DNA of 42,177 nt, taken from UHGV virus genome UHGV-0135963. The stretch is one strand, 5' to 3'. The first letter of the stretch is position 1. Each line of letters opens with the position of its first letter. Under the pieces are notes generated by a model. That model made no database searches. It saw only the letters and a program-made list of their open reading frames with translations, and was not told the DNA's origin. The position numbers and the translations under genes are program-made. Shown one piece after another: positions 29,704 to 40,026 of the stretch. This DNA is from a virus.

Positions 29704-31122
29704 ATGCCGATTCAGCAACTTCCGCTTATGAAAGGTGTCGGCAAAGATTTCCGAAACGCCGACTATATCGACTATCTGCCAGTGAATATGTTGGCTACAC
29801 CCAAAGAAATCCTGAACAGCAGCGGATATCTTCGCTCATTCCCGGGCATTGCCAAACGTTCTGATGTGAACGGTGTATCACGCGGCGTCGAGTACAACAT
29901 GGCGCAGAATGCTGTTTATCGCGTGTGTGGTGGCAAACTGTACAAAGGAGAAAGTGAAGTCGGTGACGTCGCCGGAAGTGGTCGCGTATCAATGGCGCAT
30001 GGTCGGACATCTCAGGCTGTAGGCGTTAATGGTCAACTGGTCGAGTATCGCTATGATGGCACGGTTAAAACCGTCTCAAACTGGCCTACAGACAGCGGAT
30101 TCACGCAGTATGAGTTAGGCTCAGTCCGCGACATTACGCGCTTACGTGGGCGCTATGCGTGGTCAAAAGACGGAACTGATTCATGGTTTATCACTGACCT
30201 TGAAGACGAATCGCACCCTGACCGATACAGCGCACAATATCGTGCAGAGTCTCAGCCTGACGGCATCATCGGCATCGGAACATGGCGAGACTTCATCGTC
30301 TGCTTTGGTTCATCGACGATTGAATATTTCTCCCTGACTGGCGCAACCACCGTTGGTGCTGCTTTGTATGTCGCACAGCCATCGCTGATGGTGCAGAAAG
30401 GCATTGCCGGAACTTACTGCAAAACGCCGTTTGCTGATTCTTATGCGTTTATCAGCAATCCGGCAACAGGTGCGCCGTCTGTGTATATCATCGGCTCCGG
30501 TCAGGTATCACCAATCGCCAGCGCGAGCATTGAGAAAATACTACGCTCCTACACTGCTGATGAACTGGCTGATGGCGTGATGGAATCGTTGCGCTTTGAT
30601 GCGCATGAGTTGCTGATTATTCACCTTCCGCGCCATGTCCTAGTATACGACGCATCTTCAAGCGCCAATGGTCCACAATGGTGTGTGCTGAAAACAGGAC
30701 TGTATGATGATGTGTACCGCGCTATCGACTTCATTTTCGAAGGCAATCAGATAACGTGCGGCGATAAGCTGGAGTCCGTGACCGGGAAATTGCAGTTCGA
30801 CATCAGCAGCCAGTATGGGCTACAGCAAGAACACCTGCTGTTTACTCCACTCTTCAAAGCAGATAACGCCAGATGCTTTGATCTGGAGGTGGAATCATCG
30901 ACGGGTGTTGCGCAGTATGCTGACCGCCTGTTCCTCTCTGCAACTACTGACGGCATCAATTACGGGCGTGAGCAGATGATTGAGCAGAATGAACCGTTCG
31001 TTTACGACAAACGCGTTTTGTGGAAGCGTGTCGGGCGAATCAGGAAAAATGTCGGCTTCAAATTGCGCGTTATCACGAAGTCACCTGTCACTCTGTCTGG
31101 CTGCCAGATAAGGATTGAGTAA
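29704..31122 (+). CDS. Tail hub protein (P22 gp10-like)
   Basis: 472 aa. [49 protein letters not shown] is near-identical to P22 gp10 as recalled. Confidence 0.9.
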   Translation: MPIQQLPLMKGVGKDFRNADYIDYLPVNMLATPKEILNSSGYLRSFPGIAKRSDVNGVSRGVEYNMAQNAVYRVCGGKLYKGESEVGDVAGSGRVSMAHGRTSQAVGVNGQLVEYRYDGTVKTVSNWPTDSGFTQYELGSVRDITRLRGRYAWSKDGTDSWFITDLEDESHPDRYSAQYRAESQPDGIIGIGTWRDFIVCFGSSTIEYFSLTGATTVGAALYVAQPSLMVQKGIAGTYCKTPFADSYAFISNPATGAPSVYIIGSGQVSPIASASIEKILRSYTADELADGVMESLRFDAHELLIIHLPRHVLVYDASSSANGPQWCVLKTGLYDDVYRAIDFIFEGNQITCGDKLESVTGKLQFDISSQYGLQQEHLLFTPLFKADNARCFDLEVESSTGVAQYADRLFLSATTDGINYGREQMIEQNEPFVYDKRVLWKRVGRIRKNVGFKLRVITKSPVTLSGCQIRIE

Positions 31123-31823
31123 TGGCTGATTCGAATCTCAATGAGCCGGTAATCATTCAGACTACACGACTCGACACATCAGTCCTTCCACGCAATATAT
31201 TCAGCCAGTCTTACCTGTTGTATGTCATTAATCAGGGGGCTGATGTCGGCGCAATTGCCGGGAAGGCAAATCAGGCTGGTCAGGGCGCTTACGATGCCCA
31301 GGTAAAAAACGATGAACAGGATGTCGAACTGGCTGATCACGACGCAAGAATCACCGCAAACACAAAAGCGATAAATCTCCTTGAGGTCAGGTTAACAACC
31401 GCCGAAGGGAAGATAGTCGTACTGCGTAGCGATGTTGATTACTTGCTGGATGAGGTTATCGATATTCAGGCGCATCTGGTCACTGTTGACCAAAGACTGG
31501 ATGACGTAGAAAACGATGTCTCTGGCATTAAGAGTGATTACGTATCGAAAACCGTAACCGAATCGCAGTCTCTTGCGTCACCGCTGGATGTAAAAACGTC
31601 ATATTCAGTTGATGGAATTCAGGTCGTTGGAGCAAGAAATACCGGATGGACTGCAGCCACAGGTACACCTCTTCTTGGCTCATTCAACGCTAACCAGTCA
31701 TACACGGTCGGCACTACGTACACACAATCCGAAGTCGCGGCTCTCGCTACAGGTTTGCAGCAGGCGCGGCAGCGTATTCTGGCGCTTGAAACAGCACTTA
31801 GATTACATGGGCTGATTGACTGA
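31122..31823 (+). CDS. Tail needle protein (P22 gp26-like)
   Basis: 233 aa. N-terminus [36 protein letters not shown] and trimeric coiled-coil core parallel P22 gp26. Confidence 0.85.
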   Translation: MADSNLNEPVIIQTTRLDTSVLPRNIFSQSYLLYVINQGADVGAIAGKANQAGQGAYDAQVKNDEQDVELADHDARITANTKAINLLEVRLTTAEGKIVVLRSDVDYLLDEVIDIQAHLVTVDQRLDDVENDVSGIKSDYVSKTVTESQSLASPLDVKTSYSVDGIQVVGARNTGWTAATGTPLLGSFNANQSYTVGTTYTQSEVAALATGLQQARQRILALETALRLHGLID

Positions 31824-32278
31824 TGATTACATTCAAACCAACGCGAAACATCGACCTGATCGAAGCAGTAGGAAATCACCCTGACATCATCGCCGGGAGC
31901 AACAACGGTGATGGATACGACTACAAACCTGATTGCCGTTACTTTGAGGTGAACGTGCACGGTCAGTTTGGCGGCATTGTTTACTATCAGGAGATTCAGC
32001 CGCTGACATTCGATTGCCACGCCATGTACCTGCCAGAGGTGCGTGGATTCAGCAAGGAAATCGGGCTGGCGTTCTGGCGATACATTCTGACTAACACCAC
32101 TGTTCAGTGTGTCACATCGTTCGCTGCACGCAAATTCCGCCACGGGCAGATGTACTGCGCAATGATTGGCCTTAATCGTGTAGGAACCATCAAGAAATAC
32201 TTCAAAGGCGTGGATGACGTGACGTTTTACAGCGCCACACGCGAAGAACTAATCGACATCCTGAATCACAGGAGATAG
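31823..32278 (+). CDS. gp14-like head/ejection-associated protein
   Basis: 151 aa, in the P22 gene-14 position between the needle and ejection proteins. Confidence 0.55.
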   Translation: MITFKPTRNIDLIEAVGNHPDIIAGSNNGDGYDYKPDCRYFEVNVHGQFGGIVYYQEIQPLTFDCHAMYLPEVRGFSKEIGLAFWRYILTNTTVQCVTSFAARKFRHGQMYCAMIGLNRVGTIKKYFKGVDDVTFYSATREELIDILNHRR

Positions 32279-32280
32279 CC

Positions 32281-32976
32281 ATGTTATATGCATTTAAGCT
32301 GGGCAGAAAACTGCGTGGCGAGGAACCTTATTGCCCTGAAAAAGGTGGGAAAGGTGGCAGTTCTGATAGAAGCGCAAAGTATGCAGCAGAAGCTCAGAAG
32401 TATGCCGCAGACCTGCAAAATCAGCAGTTCAACACCATCATGAATAACCTGAAGCCGTTTACTCCTCTGGCTGAGAAGTATGTCGGCAGCCTCGAGAACT
32501 TATCGTCTCTGGAGGGGCAAGGTCAGGCACTTAACCAGTATTACAACTCTCAGCAGTACAAAGACCTTGCTGGTCAGGCGCGCTATCAGAGTCTGGCGGC
32601 AGCGGAAGCAACAGGTGGATTAGGTTCCACCGCAACCAGTAATCAGTTAGCAACAATCGCACCAACTCTTGGCCAGCAATGGCTATCTGGACAAATGAAC
32701 AACTACCAGAATCTGGCAAATATTGGTCTTGGCGCTCTTCAGGGACAGGCAAACGCCGGGCAAACATATGCCAACAACATGAGCCAGATTTCACAGCAAA
32801 GCGCGGCACTGGCGGCGGCAAACGCTAATAGACCTTCCGGCCTTCAATCTGCAATAGGCGGGGCTGCCTCTGGAGCAATTGCTGGAGCACAACTTGGCAG
32901 CATTGTTCCTGGTATTGGTACTGGTATTGGTGCCGCTGTTGGTGGCGGTCTTGGTCTGCTTGGCTCGTTGTTTTAA
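32281..32976 (+). CDS. Ejection (injection) protein, P22 gp7-like
   Basis: 231 aa. Q/A/G-rich low-complexity protein in the gp7 position. Confidence 0.8.
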   Translation: MLYAFKLGRKLRGEEPYCPEKGGKGGSSDRSAKYAAEAQKYAADLQNQQFNTIMNNLKPFTPLAEKYVGSLENLSSLEGQGQALNQYYNSQQYKDLAGQARYQSLAAAEATGGLGSTATSNQLATIAPTLGQQWLSGQMNNYQNLANIGLGALQGQANAGQTYANNMSQISQQSAALAAANANRPSGLQSAIGGAASGAIAGAQLGSIVPGIGTGIGAAVGGGLGLLGSLF

Positions 32977-32985
32977 GGGGTAATC

Positions 32986-34335
32986 ATGGCTACGTGGCAA
33001 CAGGGTATTAATTCTGGTGGTTTTCTGGCTGGCATCGGTACGCAAAATGAGAATGCGCCAAAGGCAAGCGACATTAACGCAACGCTTGGTCTGATCCGCG
33101 AAAACAATGAATTGGCTCGATCAGGTGCAAATAACGTTGGTCTGACCGCGTTACGTGGTCTGGCTGGAGTTGCTGATATTTACAATCAGGAACAGCAACA
33201 GAAAGCGATTAGTGCGTTCAATAAGGTTCATGCTGATGCATGGGCTTCTGGTGATCCATCGGGACTATTTAAGTTTGCCCAGGAAAATCCAGCGTTTGTT
33301 GCACAGGCACAACAGGCGTTTTCAGGTCTTAATGATCAGCAACGCAACGATATGGGCGATTTAGCCATGAGAGCTAACGTCGCTCTTTCTCAGGGACCGG
33401 AAGCCTACAGTAAATTCATTACTGACAACAAGGACAGGTTAAATCGCGTTGGCGCTAATGCTGACTGGATGATTCAGACAGGTATCCAGAATCCAGAGCA
33501 GCTATCACACATGCTGACTACTATGTCTCTCGGTGCGCTTGGACCAGAAAAGGCGTTTGCTGTTCAGGATAAGATGGTTGGTCGCCAGCAGGAGCAGCAA
33601 AGAATTAACGAAACCATTCGCAATAATGACATGACGAATGCGAGGGCTATTAGGGGGCAGGATCTTTCCTATAAGGCTCAAATGGCAAGACTGAATCACG
33701 ACAAGTATGTGTTTAAGCAGTCACAGGCGGCCCTTGAAAGAGCAGGACAACTTCAGGATATGGATGTTTTGTCTCTTAACTCACAGATAGCAACGACGGG
33801 AATTGATCCTCTAACCGGTAAAGCTGCAACGTCAGCCAGAATGTCTCAGGCTAAGAGATGGCTTGATGGCAACAATAATTACAACAATGCGTTGATTACT
33901 GGTGAGCGAGGGATAGAGAAAATTGATTCTTTGCTTGGTAAGAAGGAGCTTGAAGGTATCGGTCGCTTCGAAGGAAGAAATATAGATGGCTTCACAAGTG
34001 CTGAAGGGCTTGCAAACCGTAATGCGATAGAAGAATTAAAGTCGGGTGCGTTTGTCCAGAACGTGCAGACTATGCGAGGTATGGGTAGCCTCTCCAATGC
34101 TGAAGGCCAAAAACTGGAAAACCTGATCGCGAAACTCGATATAACACAGCCTGAAGAGGTCGTCAGAAAACAGTTATCTGAAATCCGATCGCAATATTCT
34201 GTATTTCAAAAGGTTGCAGCAAGGGAGGCTGAATCAATGGGATATAGTTCATCAGGTTATGACACATATGTTAGTGAGCGAAAATCAGGAAGCGACAGCA
34301 ATAAGTCCGGTTTCTCGTCTTTATGGGGTGATTAA
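32986..34335 (+). CDS. Ejection protein, P22 gp20-like
   Basis: 449 aa in the gp20 position. Confidence 0.8.
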   Translation: MATWQQGINSGGFLAGIGTQNENAPKASDINATLGLIRENNELARSGANNVGLTALRGLAGVADIYNQEQQQKAISAFNKVHADAWASGDPSGLFKFAQENPAFVAQAQQAFSGLNDQQRNDMGDLAMRANVALSQGPEAYSKFITDNKDRLNRVGANADWMIQTGIQNPEQLSHMLTTMSLGALGPEKAFAVQDKMVGRQQEQQRINETIRNNDMTNARAIRGQDLSYKAQMARLNHDKYVFKQSQAALERAGQLQDMDVLSLNSQIATTGIDPLTGKAATSARMSQAKRWLDGNNNYNNALITGERGIEKIDSLLGKKELEGIGRFEGRNIDGFTSAEGLANRNAIEELKSGAFVQNVQTMRGMGSLSNAEGQKLENLIAKLDITQPEEVVRKQLSEIRSQYSVFQKVAAREAESMGYSSSGYDTYVSERKSGSDSNKSGFSSLWGD

Positions 34336-36494
34336 TGGCTAAAGCATGGAAAGATGTTATCGCTTCTCCACAGTATCAGGCGTTAACTGAAGAACAGAAA
34401 GCACAGGCTCAAGCGCAATATTTTGATGAGGTTGTTGCCCCTAAGGCTGGTGACAAATGGGCTGAAGCAAGAGATCAGTTTTATGCAGCATACCCTCCGC
34501 CTCAGCAGCAGAAAGAAGAACCATCATTGATGCAACAAGCTGGTGATTGGCTCACAGGTGGTCAAAGTGCAGGGCAAATTGCAGAACAGGCTGGTCGTGG
34601 TCTGGTAAACATACCATTTGACGTATTGCAGGGTGGCGCAAGTCTGATTAATGCAATCAGCCAGGGGCTTGGCGGCCCCAAGGTTTTGGATGATGTTTAT
34701 CGCCCTGTCGAGCGACCGACAGACCCTTACGCGCAAGCCGGTGAAACAATTGGTGGGTATCTCCTGCCAATTGGCACAGCGGCAAAAGCTGCTGGAGCGA
34801 CAGCAAAGCTCGCTGGAGATATCGGTTCCGCAGGAAACATGATTGCAGGTTCTCTTGCTGATGCTGCAAATCAGGAGGGCGACTTTGCACAAAATGCTGC
34901 CATTAACGGTGGTATCAATATTGGTGCTCAAGGCGTTCTTTCAGGTGTCGGGCGCGTTATTGCGCCAAGGGTTTCACAGGCTCTTGGTGGTGCAGCACTG
35001 AATTCTGCTAATGATGTTTCCAGGATGGCAAAGTCAGGTGCTGGGCGTCAGTCAATTGCCAGTCAGGCCGCTAATGTGTCCGAAGATGTAGCAAAAGCGG
35101 CTGAGTCTGCTGGAATTGATATAAACGCATTAACACCAGGAATGCGATCTGGAAGTCGTGGAATTGCACAAGCCGAAGGCGCATTGGCATCAACACCAGG
35201 GATTGTTCAGGATGCCCATCAGGCAGCATTTAACGAAATATCATCAAAGTTAAGTCGAAACCTTGATGAATTTGGGGCCGCATCTGGAACGGCATCAGAA
35301 AAAAGTGCGGCTATAAAACAAAGGATTCTTCAAAATCTTGATCAGATGAAGGATGCTGAGCGCGCGGCATGGGATGACGTGCGGTCAACAATGCCAAATC
35401 AAAAAGCAAGAATGCTAAATGGTAATGCCGTTATTCAGGCAGAGCGATCTGCTGGCATACCGCTTACTCCTGAAATGAAACAGTTTGTTCAGGCAAACAA
35501 TCAAGGTGGAGTAACATTTGATGGCATGAAAGCATGGAGAGCGAAATTTGCTGATGCGGAGCAAAAATATAAGCGTAGCGGAGAGGCAAATGCGGCAAGG
35601 AGAGCAGGGGAAATACGCCGGGCAATTACTGATGATATGCGCACAATGGCGGAAAACGGCGGATTTCTTGATGACTGGCAAAAAGCTAATGATCTGTCTA
35701 AAGCGAGGTTATCAGCACAAGAGAGTGCAGAGTCTGTTTTCGGGCGTGATTTGGCAACAGATGCACTGATTACGAATGGAGTAAAATCCCTTCAATCATC
35801 GTCAGCTAAAGGTCTTAATGGTCCTTCTGGATTCCATTCTATGATCCGCGCGCTGCCAGAATCAGAGCGTGTTCCTGCTATATCATCAATGTTGCAAGAT
35901 GCTATCTCGCATGGTGTACGTGGTGGCAAAGCTGATGCAGCAGGAATTAACCATATCGCAGAGATACTCACTCCACAAAATGTAAAAGCCATTAGCCGAT
36001 ATTCCTCAGAGCTTGGAAGAATTGCTGATGCATATGGCACTCTTGCAAGAGCAGCAGTGAAACCTCAGCAGTATATTGAAAGAACAGGGAGAACTGCCAA
36101 TGTACTACGCGATCTGGATGCTGGTTTATCCAACGTCACATCAACAGTGTTAAATGCAATTGCCAACTCAACATCAGGTGCCATTGTTGGTGGCGCTGGA
36201 GGAGGCATTGCAGGTGCTGCCGCAGGTGCTTTAGTTGGCGCTGGGTTAAAAGGCGCTGTATCTAAAATTGCCACCACACGTAGTGGTCGGTATGCGATAG
36301 AGAAAGCAGTTCAGGAAGCAACTAAAGCAGTAAGAGCAGGCGGAAGCAAAGAAGCATTAGTGGCGGCTGAACGCAGATTTATGGCAAATAAATCTGCCGT
36401 AAAAGCGATACGTGATACAGTCGGAAACGAAGAGTTCAATCGCTTAGCGAGGGCTGGGATTGTGGCATCGCTAAGCGGAATAGCACAGGAGTAA
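34335..36494 (+). CDS. Ejection / DNA-transfer protein, P22 gp16-like
   Basis: 719 aa in the gp16 position. Gly/Ala-rich C-terminal stretch. Confidence 0.8.
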   Translation: MAKAWKDVIASPQYQALTEEQKAQAQAQYFDEVVAPKAGDKWAEARDQFYAAYPPPQQQKEEPSLMQQAGDWLTGGQSAGQIAEQAGRGLVNIPFDVLQGGASLINAISQGLGGPKVLDDVYRPVERPTDPYAQAGETIGGYLLPIGTAAKAAGATAKLAGDIGSAGNMIAGSLADAANQEGDFAQNAAINGGINIGAQGVLSGVGRVIAPRVSQALGGAALNSANDVSRMAKSGAGRQSIASQAANVSEDVAKAAESAGIDINALTPGMRSGSRGIAQAEGALASTPGIVQDAHQAAFNEISSKLSRNLDEFGAASGTASEKSAAIKQRILQNLDQMKDAERAAWDDVRSTMPNQKARMLNGNAVIQAERSAGIPLTPEMKQFVQANNQGGVTFDGMKAWRAKFADAEQKYKRSGEANAARRAGEIRRAITDDMRTMAENGGFLDDWQKANDLSKARLSAQESAESVFGRDLATDALITNGVKSLQSSSAKGLNGPSGFHSMIRALPESERVPAISSMLQDAISHGVRGGKADAAGINHIAEILTPQNVKAISRYSSELGRIADAYGTLARAAVKPQQYIERTGRTANVLRDLDAGLSNVTSTVLNAIANSTSGAIVGGAGGGIAGAAAGALVGAGLKGAVSKIATTRSGRYAIEKAVQEATKAVRAGGSKEALVAAERRFMANKSAVKAIRDTVGNEEFNRLARAGIVASLSGIAQE

Positions 36495-36818
36495 TTAATC
36501 ATCCATGGATGGATTGAGATTATCTCGTGTTGATGTGGCGATTTGTCCTACATTTCTAAGCCAAGATTTCAAATCCTTGATATTGTCATTGATTTCATGA
36601 ATATCTTCTTTTTTTAATCTGTTAATATTATTTTCAATAATTTCAATGGATTGCTCAATATCAGATATAGTGAATGATAGTTTGTTCTTCTCATCTTTTA
36701 TTGAGTTTTTAAGTGCTTCGTTCTCAGTCTTGAGGTCAGATATCTTTTGTTTTAAAGATGCCAGTTGGTACTGAACCACAATGAGTGCGATAGCTATCAC
36801 GATAACTGTTGTATACAC
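36495..36818 (-). CDS. Small membrane-anchored coiled-coil protein (107 aa); third gene of accessory cassette
   Basis: N-terminal TM helix (TTVIVIAIALIVVQY) followed by heptad-like coiled coil. Strongly AT-rich. Convergent with gp16. Confidence 0.55.
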   Translation of the reverse strand: MYTTVIVIAIALIVVQYQLASLKQKISDLKTENEALKNSIKDEKNKLSFTISDIEQSIEIIENNINRLKKEDIHEINDNIKDLKSWLRNVGQIATSTRDNLNPSMDD

Positions 36819-36840
36819 ACCAACCTCCTTAGTTGATATT

Positions 36841-37260
36841 TTATTTGTATGAAATCAACGAGTTAAGCTCCCTCTCATTTAGAGATTGGAATCTTTTTTC
36901 AGTTATATCAATGATGGTTGGCAATAGTTTTTTTACCTTCTCATGACCATCAGGTTTAATGATAGCAATGATCTGGATATGAATTGGATATGTGTTGTGT
37001 ACCGCAAATATCAAAAAGTTATCGCTAACTCTACGATGTATTGGCGTTGTTTTTAACCAAGGATCATCTACTCCAGGGATCCTGATGTGCGACTTGTAAA
37101 TTCCCGATAAGACGGCGTGATGGTTTCTCTCAAACCCACCAATCTTACCAAGATAAGCTGAAACGGTGCCTCTGTTTTTGTAGTTTGCAAGAGCCTTCGC
37201 AAAGTATTGTTCTAATGGTCCAGCCGCTGCATCTACAACAATGCTTATGCGGTTTTCCAT
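36841..37260 (-). CDS. YafO-like toxin-domain protein (139 aa); second gene of accessory cassette
   Basis: C-terminal region FLIFAVHNTYPIHIQIIAIIKPDGHEK resembles the YafO core (HLVYC...AWLLIAILKPEPHK) as I recall it. Needs profile search. Confidence 0.55.
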   Translation of the reverse strand: MENRISIVVDAAAGPLEQYFAKALANYKNRGTVSAYLGKIGGFERNHHAVLSGIYKSHIRIPGVDDPWLKTTPIHRRVSDNFLIFAVHNTYPIHIQIIAIIKPDGHEKVKKLLPTIIDITEKRFQSLNERELNSLISYK

Positions 37261-37844
37261 TTTGGTGCTTCCATGCCAAATCTTTTATGTGAATCTTCAA
37301 CTGATTTCTTGAATGAAGCCAACTCTTCTTCAGTGAACTCTTCAGGTTCAGCATATGATAGTGGTATGTGCTGCATTGCTAGCGTCACAAGCCCCATAGT
37401 TAGCCTTTTGTATTCTATAAAAGTATTTATTGAGTGGTTTTTCATTGTTGTAAGAGTTGACATATGGGGCTTCCACGCATCGCTGTTCTCAGCGATGAAG
37501 AAGGTATACAACAGTTTCGCGATACCATAATCAAGCTTAGATATCTGATCGCTCAACATATCTACATCGTCATGTTGAATATCAAGTGAGGAAATATCTT
37601 CTTCCGTACCATTACTTAATATGTCAATGAATGTAATGTACTTTTTGCAAACTTCCTCTACAGGTGACATAACGCAGTAGATCTTGCTAAGAGCTTCAGA
37701 AGCCTGTTTTTTAGACAAAGAGCCGCTATGACTGCGATCAAAGTCTGAAATTGAACGCTCGATAGATGTTGATATGTCAGAAAAAACGTTTTCAATTTTT
37801 CCTGGCTCTTGATTCAGGATGGCCATAACGCCTATCTCAATCAC
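37245..37844 (-). CDS. Acidic hypothetical protein (193-199 aa); first gene of accessory cassette
   Basis: No TM or recognisable motif. Start is either GTG (37844) or ATG (37826). 16-nt overlap with the downstream gene. Confidence 0.55.
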   Translation of the reverse strand: MIEIGVMAILNQEPGKIENVFSDISTSIERSISDFDRSHSGSLSKKQASEALSKIYCVMSPVEEVCKKYITFIDILSNGTEEDISSLDIQHDDVDMLSDQISKLDYGIAKLLYTFFIAENSDAWKPHMSTLTTMKNHSINTFIEYKRLTMGLVTLAMQHIPLSYAEPEEFTEEELASFKKSVEDSHKRFGMEAPKWKTA

Positions 37845-37886
37845 AATGTATACCTTGTTATTTTATATCAACGAACAAACATTGAC

Positions 37887-38135
37887 CTATCTGGTCTCGT
37901 ACATTTTTTTCAGGGTTTCAAACACCATCTTCTTAACAATTTCTGCTTGCTGATCAGCCATGCGTTCTGCTTCGTCGCGGTAACCTGCAATCGGCGATGG
38001 CTTTGAGAGAGCATCCTGAACGATTTGTAATAACTCAGAGTTCATTGACCTTCCGTTAGCCTCGGCTCTTAATTTCAATTTTTCTCTTACTTCCAAAGGC
38101 ATACGGAAGTTAAAGTGCGGCTCATCTCTAGCCAT
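37887..38135 (-). CDS. mnt: Mnt repressor (ribbon-helix-helix)
   Basis: 82 aa MARDEPHFNFRMPLEVREKLKLRAEANGRSMNSELLQIVQDALSKPSP... is near-identical to P22 Mnt as recalled. Confidence 0.85.
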   Translation of the reverse strand: MARDEPHFNFRMPLEVREKLKLRAEANGRSMNSELLQIVQDALSKPSPIAGYRDEAERMADQQAEIVKKMVFETLKKMYETR

Positions 38136-38158
38136 GCCATCACTCCAAGTTAGTATCT

Positions 38159-38443
38159 CTAACTTTCGTCTTTATTGTTGCCATACATGCATTTCAATTT
38201 CTCAACATCATGTTCAAGATCTATCAATCGTGATGCTATAGTTGCAAGGTCTAGTGCTTGAATGTGTTTATTTTTTTCGGTCCATGCTTCAAGTGCCGCG
38301 ACCATCTCAGCATTTAATGAACGAGAATTAGCCTCAGCCAGTTCAATAAGACGTTCCTTTATCTCTACAGGAAGCCTCAGATTCACTTGAGGGTTTTTGT
38401 ACTTACGATCAGACATCGGCACATCCTGAATAATTTTTACCAC
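38159..38443 (-). CDS. Second Mnt-like ribbon-helix-helix repressor
   Basis: 94 aa. RHH core PQVNLRLPVEIKERLIELAEANSRSLNAEMVAALEAW with C-terminal coiled coil. 23 bp upstream of mnt. Confidence 0.7.
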   Translation of the reverse strand: MVKIIQDVPMSDRKYKNPQVNLRLPVEIKERLIELAEANSRSLNAEMVAALEAWTEKNKHIQALDLATIASRLIDLEHDVEKLKCMYGNNKDES

Positions 38444-38520
38444 AGGATATGTAGGTATCTATTGACTATCAATGCGTACCTAAATACTATGTATGCGTAC
38501 CACATACAACGGAGGATGCA
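38444..38520. promoter_or_regulatory. Divergent promoter/operator region of the immI-like locus
   Basis: Palindrome ATTGACTATCAAT and direct repeat ATGCGTACC x2 between divergent RHH genes. GGAGG RBS for arc. Confidence 0.5.
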
Positions 38521-38661
38521 ATGAAGGTAAAAACACTGCGTATGCCAGAGAAGCTAGAAAAAATTCTTGAAGAAAAAGCAAAGGAAGAGTGTCGCTCATT
38601 CAGCGCAGAAGTAATTAAACGGGTGCTGGACAGCCTGAAGAGGGAGGGGGTAACGGTATGA
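38521..38661 (+). CDS. arc: Arc-like ribbon-helix-helix repressor (46 aa)
   Basis: Hand-translated MKVKTLRMPEKLEKILEEKAKEECRSFSAEVIKRVLDSLKREGVTV. RHH pattern comparable to P22 Arc. Position upstream of ant. Confidence 0.6.
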   Translation: MKVKTLRMPEKLEKILEEKAKEECRSFSAEVIKRVLDSLKREGVTV

Positions 38662-38861
38662 GTAAAGAATGTTGTTTCTGCGGCATTAGCGAATCAGACG
38701 CTGATCAAACATACATTTACTCTAAAGAAACAGGTCGGATGCTGTGTAGTGACTGCGTGTTGGACATCATAAGATACAAGCATCTTGGATGTTCTGCCAG
38801 CATTAGCAATATAGGTGAAGTATATGAAGGGAAAGATATAACTGATAGAGCAGAAAGTTGA
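38658..38861 (+). CDS. Small Cys-rich protein (67 aa, CxxC...CxxC zinc-ribbon-like)
   Basis: CCFCG...CSDC motifs. Start overlaps arc stop (ATGA). Confidence 0.45.
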   Translation: MSKECCFCGISESDADQTYIYSKETGRMLCSDCVLDIIRYKHLGCSASISNIGEVYEGKDITDRAES

Positions 38862-38924
38862 AGCCCCAACTGCGGCAACAGTCAGGGCTTCGGTATCGTA
38901 AAACCACGCATAGGAATTAACGAC

Positions 38925-39848
38925 ATGAAAAGTATAGCAACAGCAGTATCTACTATCAATGTGCCATTCCACGGCGCAGAGCTTTATGTTGTCAATCACA
39001 ACGGCGAACCGTACACCCCAATGAAACCTATCGTTGAGGGAATGGGGCTAGACTGGAAATCTCAACATAAGAAGATTTCTCAACGCTTCTCGAAGGGTAT
39101 GGTGGAAATCACCATACCTTCTGCCGGTGGGGTGCAAGCCATGATTTGTATGGCTTTACGAAAATTGGCAGCTTGGTTGAACAGCATCAGTCCTAACAAA
39201 GTCCGCCCTGAAATCCGCGACAAGGTAATCCAGTATCAGGAAGAGTGTGACGATGTGCTCTACGAGTACTGGACTAAAGGCCATGTAGTTAACCCACGCA
39301 AAGCTAAAAAGGCGTTGCCGGGTAAAATCACCACTGAACAGCAGGAAGCCATTAAACAACTCGTCATGAGTCGCGGTCAGTCTCTGCCAAAAGAAAAACA
39401 GGCTAAGGCGATGATCACCATGTGGTCGTCACTGAAATCCCATTTTGGATGTTCGTACAAAGAAATCAGTGAGGAGCAGTTTACCGAAGCACTGTCACTT
39501 GCAGCTCGAGTTCCACTTGAAGGTGAGTTCATCGGCAAACAAGAGAAGAAAACCAACGAGCTTTCTGCAAAAGAAGCAAACAGCCTTGTATGGCTATGGG
39601 ACTATGCCAACCGCTCACAGGCATTATTCCGCGAATTGTATCCGGCGCTAAAACAAATTCAATCGAACTATTCCGGCAGATGTCATGACTGCGGTTATGA
39701 GTTCTCCCGTATTATCGATATGGCGAGAGATGTTTTAATCAATCACACACGAGATGTTGATATCAATGAGCCAGACGGACCAACGAATCTTTCCGCATGG
39801 ATGAGACTTAAGAATAAAGAATTACCTCCTTCAGTACATAACTACTGA
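38925..39848 (+). CDS. ant: Antirepressor (Ant-like)
   Basis: 307 aa, in the ant position of the immI arrangement (mnt / arc / ant). N-terminal AntA-like region. Family assignment from position and general resemblance only. Confidence 0.65.
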   Translation: MKSIATAVSTINVPFHGAELYVVNHNGEPYTPMKPIVEGMGLDWKSQHKKISQRFSKGMVEITIPSAGGVQAMICMALRKLAAWLNSISPNKVRPEIRDKVIQYQEECDDVLYEYWTKGHVVNPRKAKKALPGKITTEQQEAIKQLVMSRGQSLPKEKQAKAMITMWSSLKSHFGCSYKEISEEQFTEALSLAARVPLEGEFIGKQEKKTNELSAKEANSLVWLWDYANRSQALFRELYPALKQIQSNYSGRCHDCGYEFSRIIDMARDVLINHTRDVDINEPDGPTNLSAWMRLKNKELPPSVHNY

Positions 39849-39866
39849 CAGATAACCAACGCAACG

Positions 39867-39890
39867 ACCCAGCTTCGGCTGGGTTTTTTT
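39867..39890 (+). terminator. Intrinsic terminator after ant
   Basis: acccagc ttcg gctgggt followed by tttttttat. Confidence 0.7.
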
Positions 39891-40026
39891 ATGCCCAAAA
39901 TTCACCGCAGCAACTAAGCGGCGATGGCCTTGATGGATAGCACTACACAAAAAGTGTAGTGCAAAAAGCAAACAAATACTCACCGTAGCTACGCTGCGGC
40001 GATTCATTGTATCTGGAGCAAATTAA

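Noticed and set aside
31619-32143. 174-aa minus-strand ORF
   Set aside because: Antisense to the tail needle and gp14-like genes, which fit the conserved P22 gene order.
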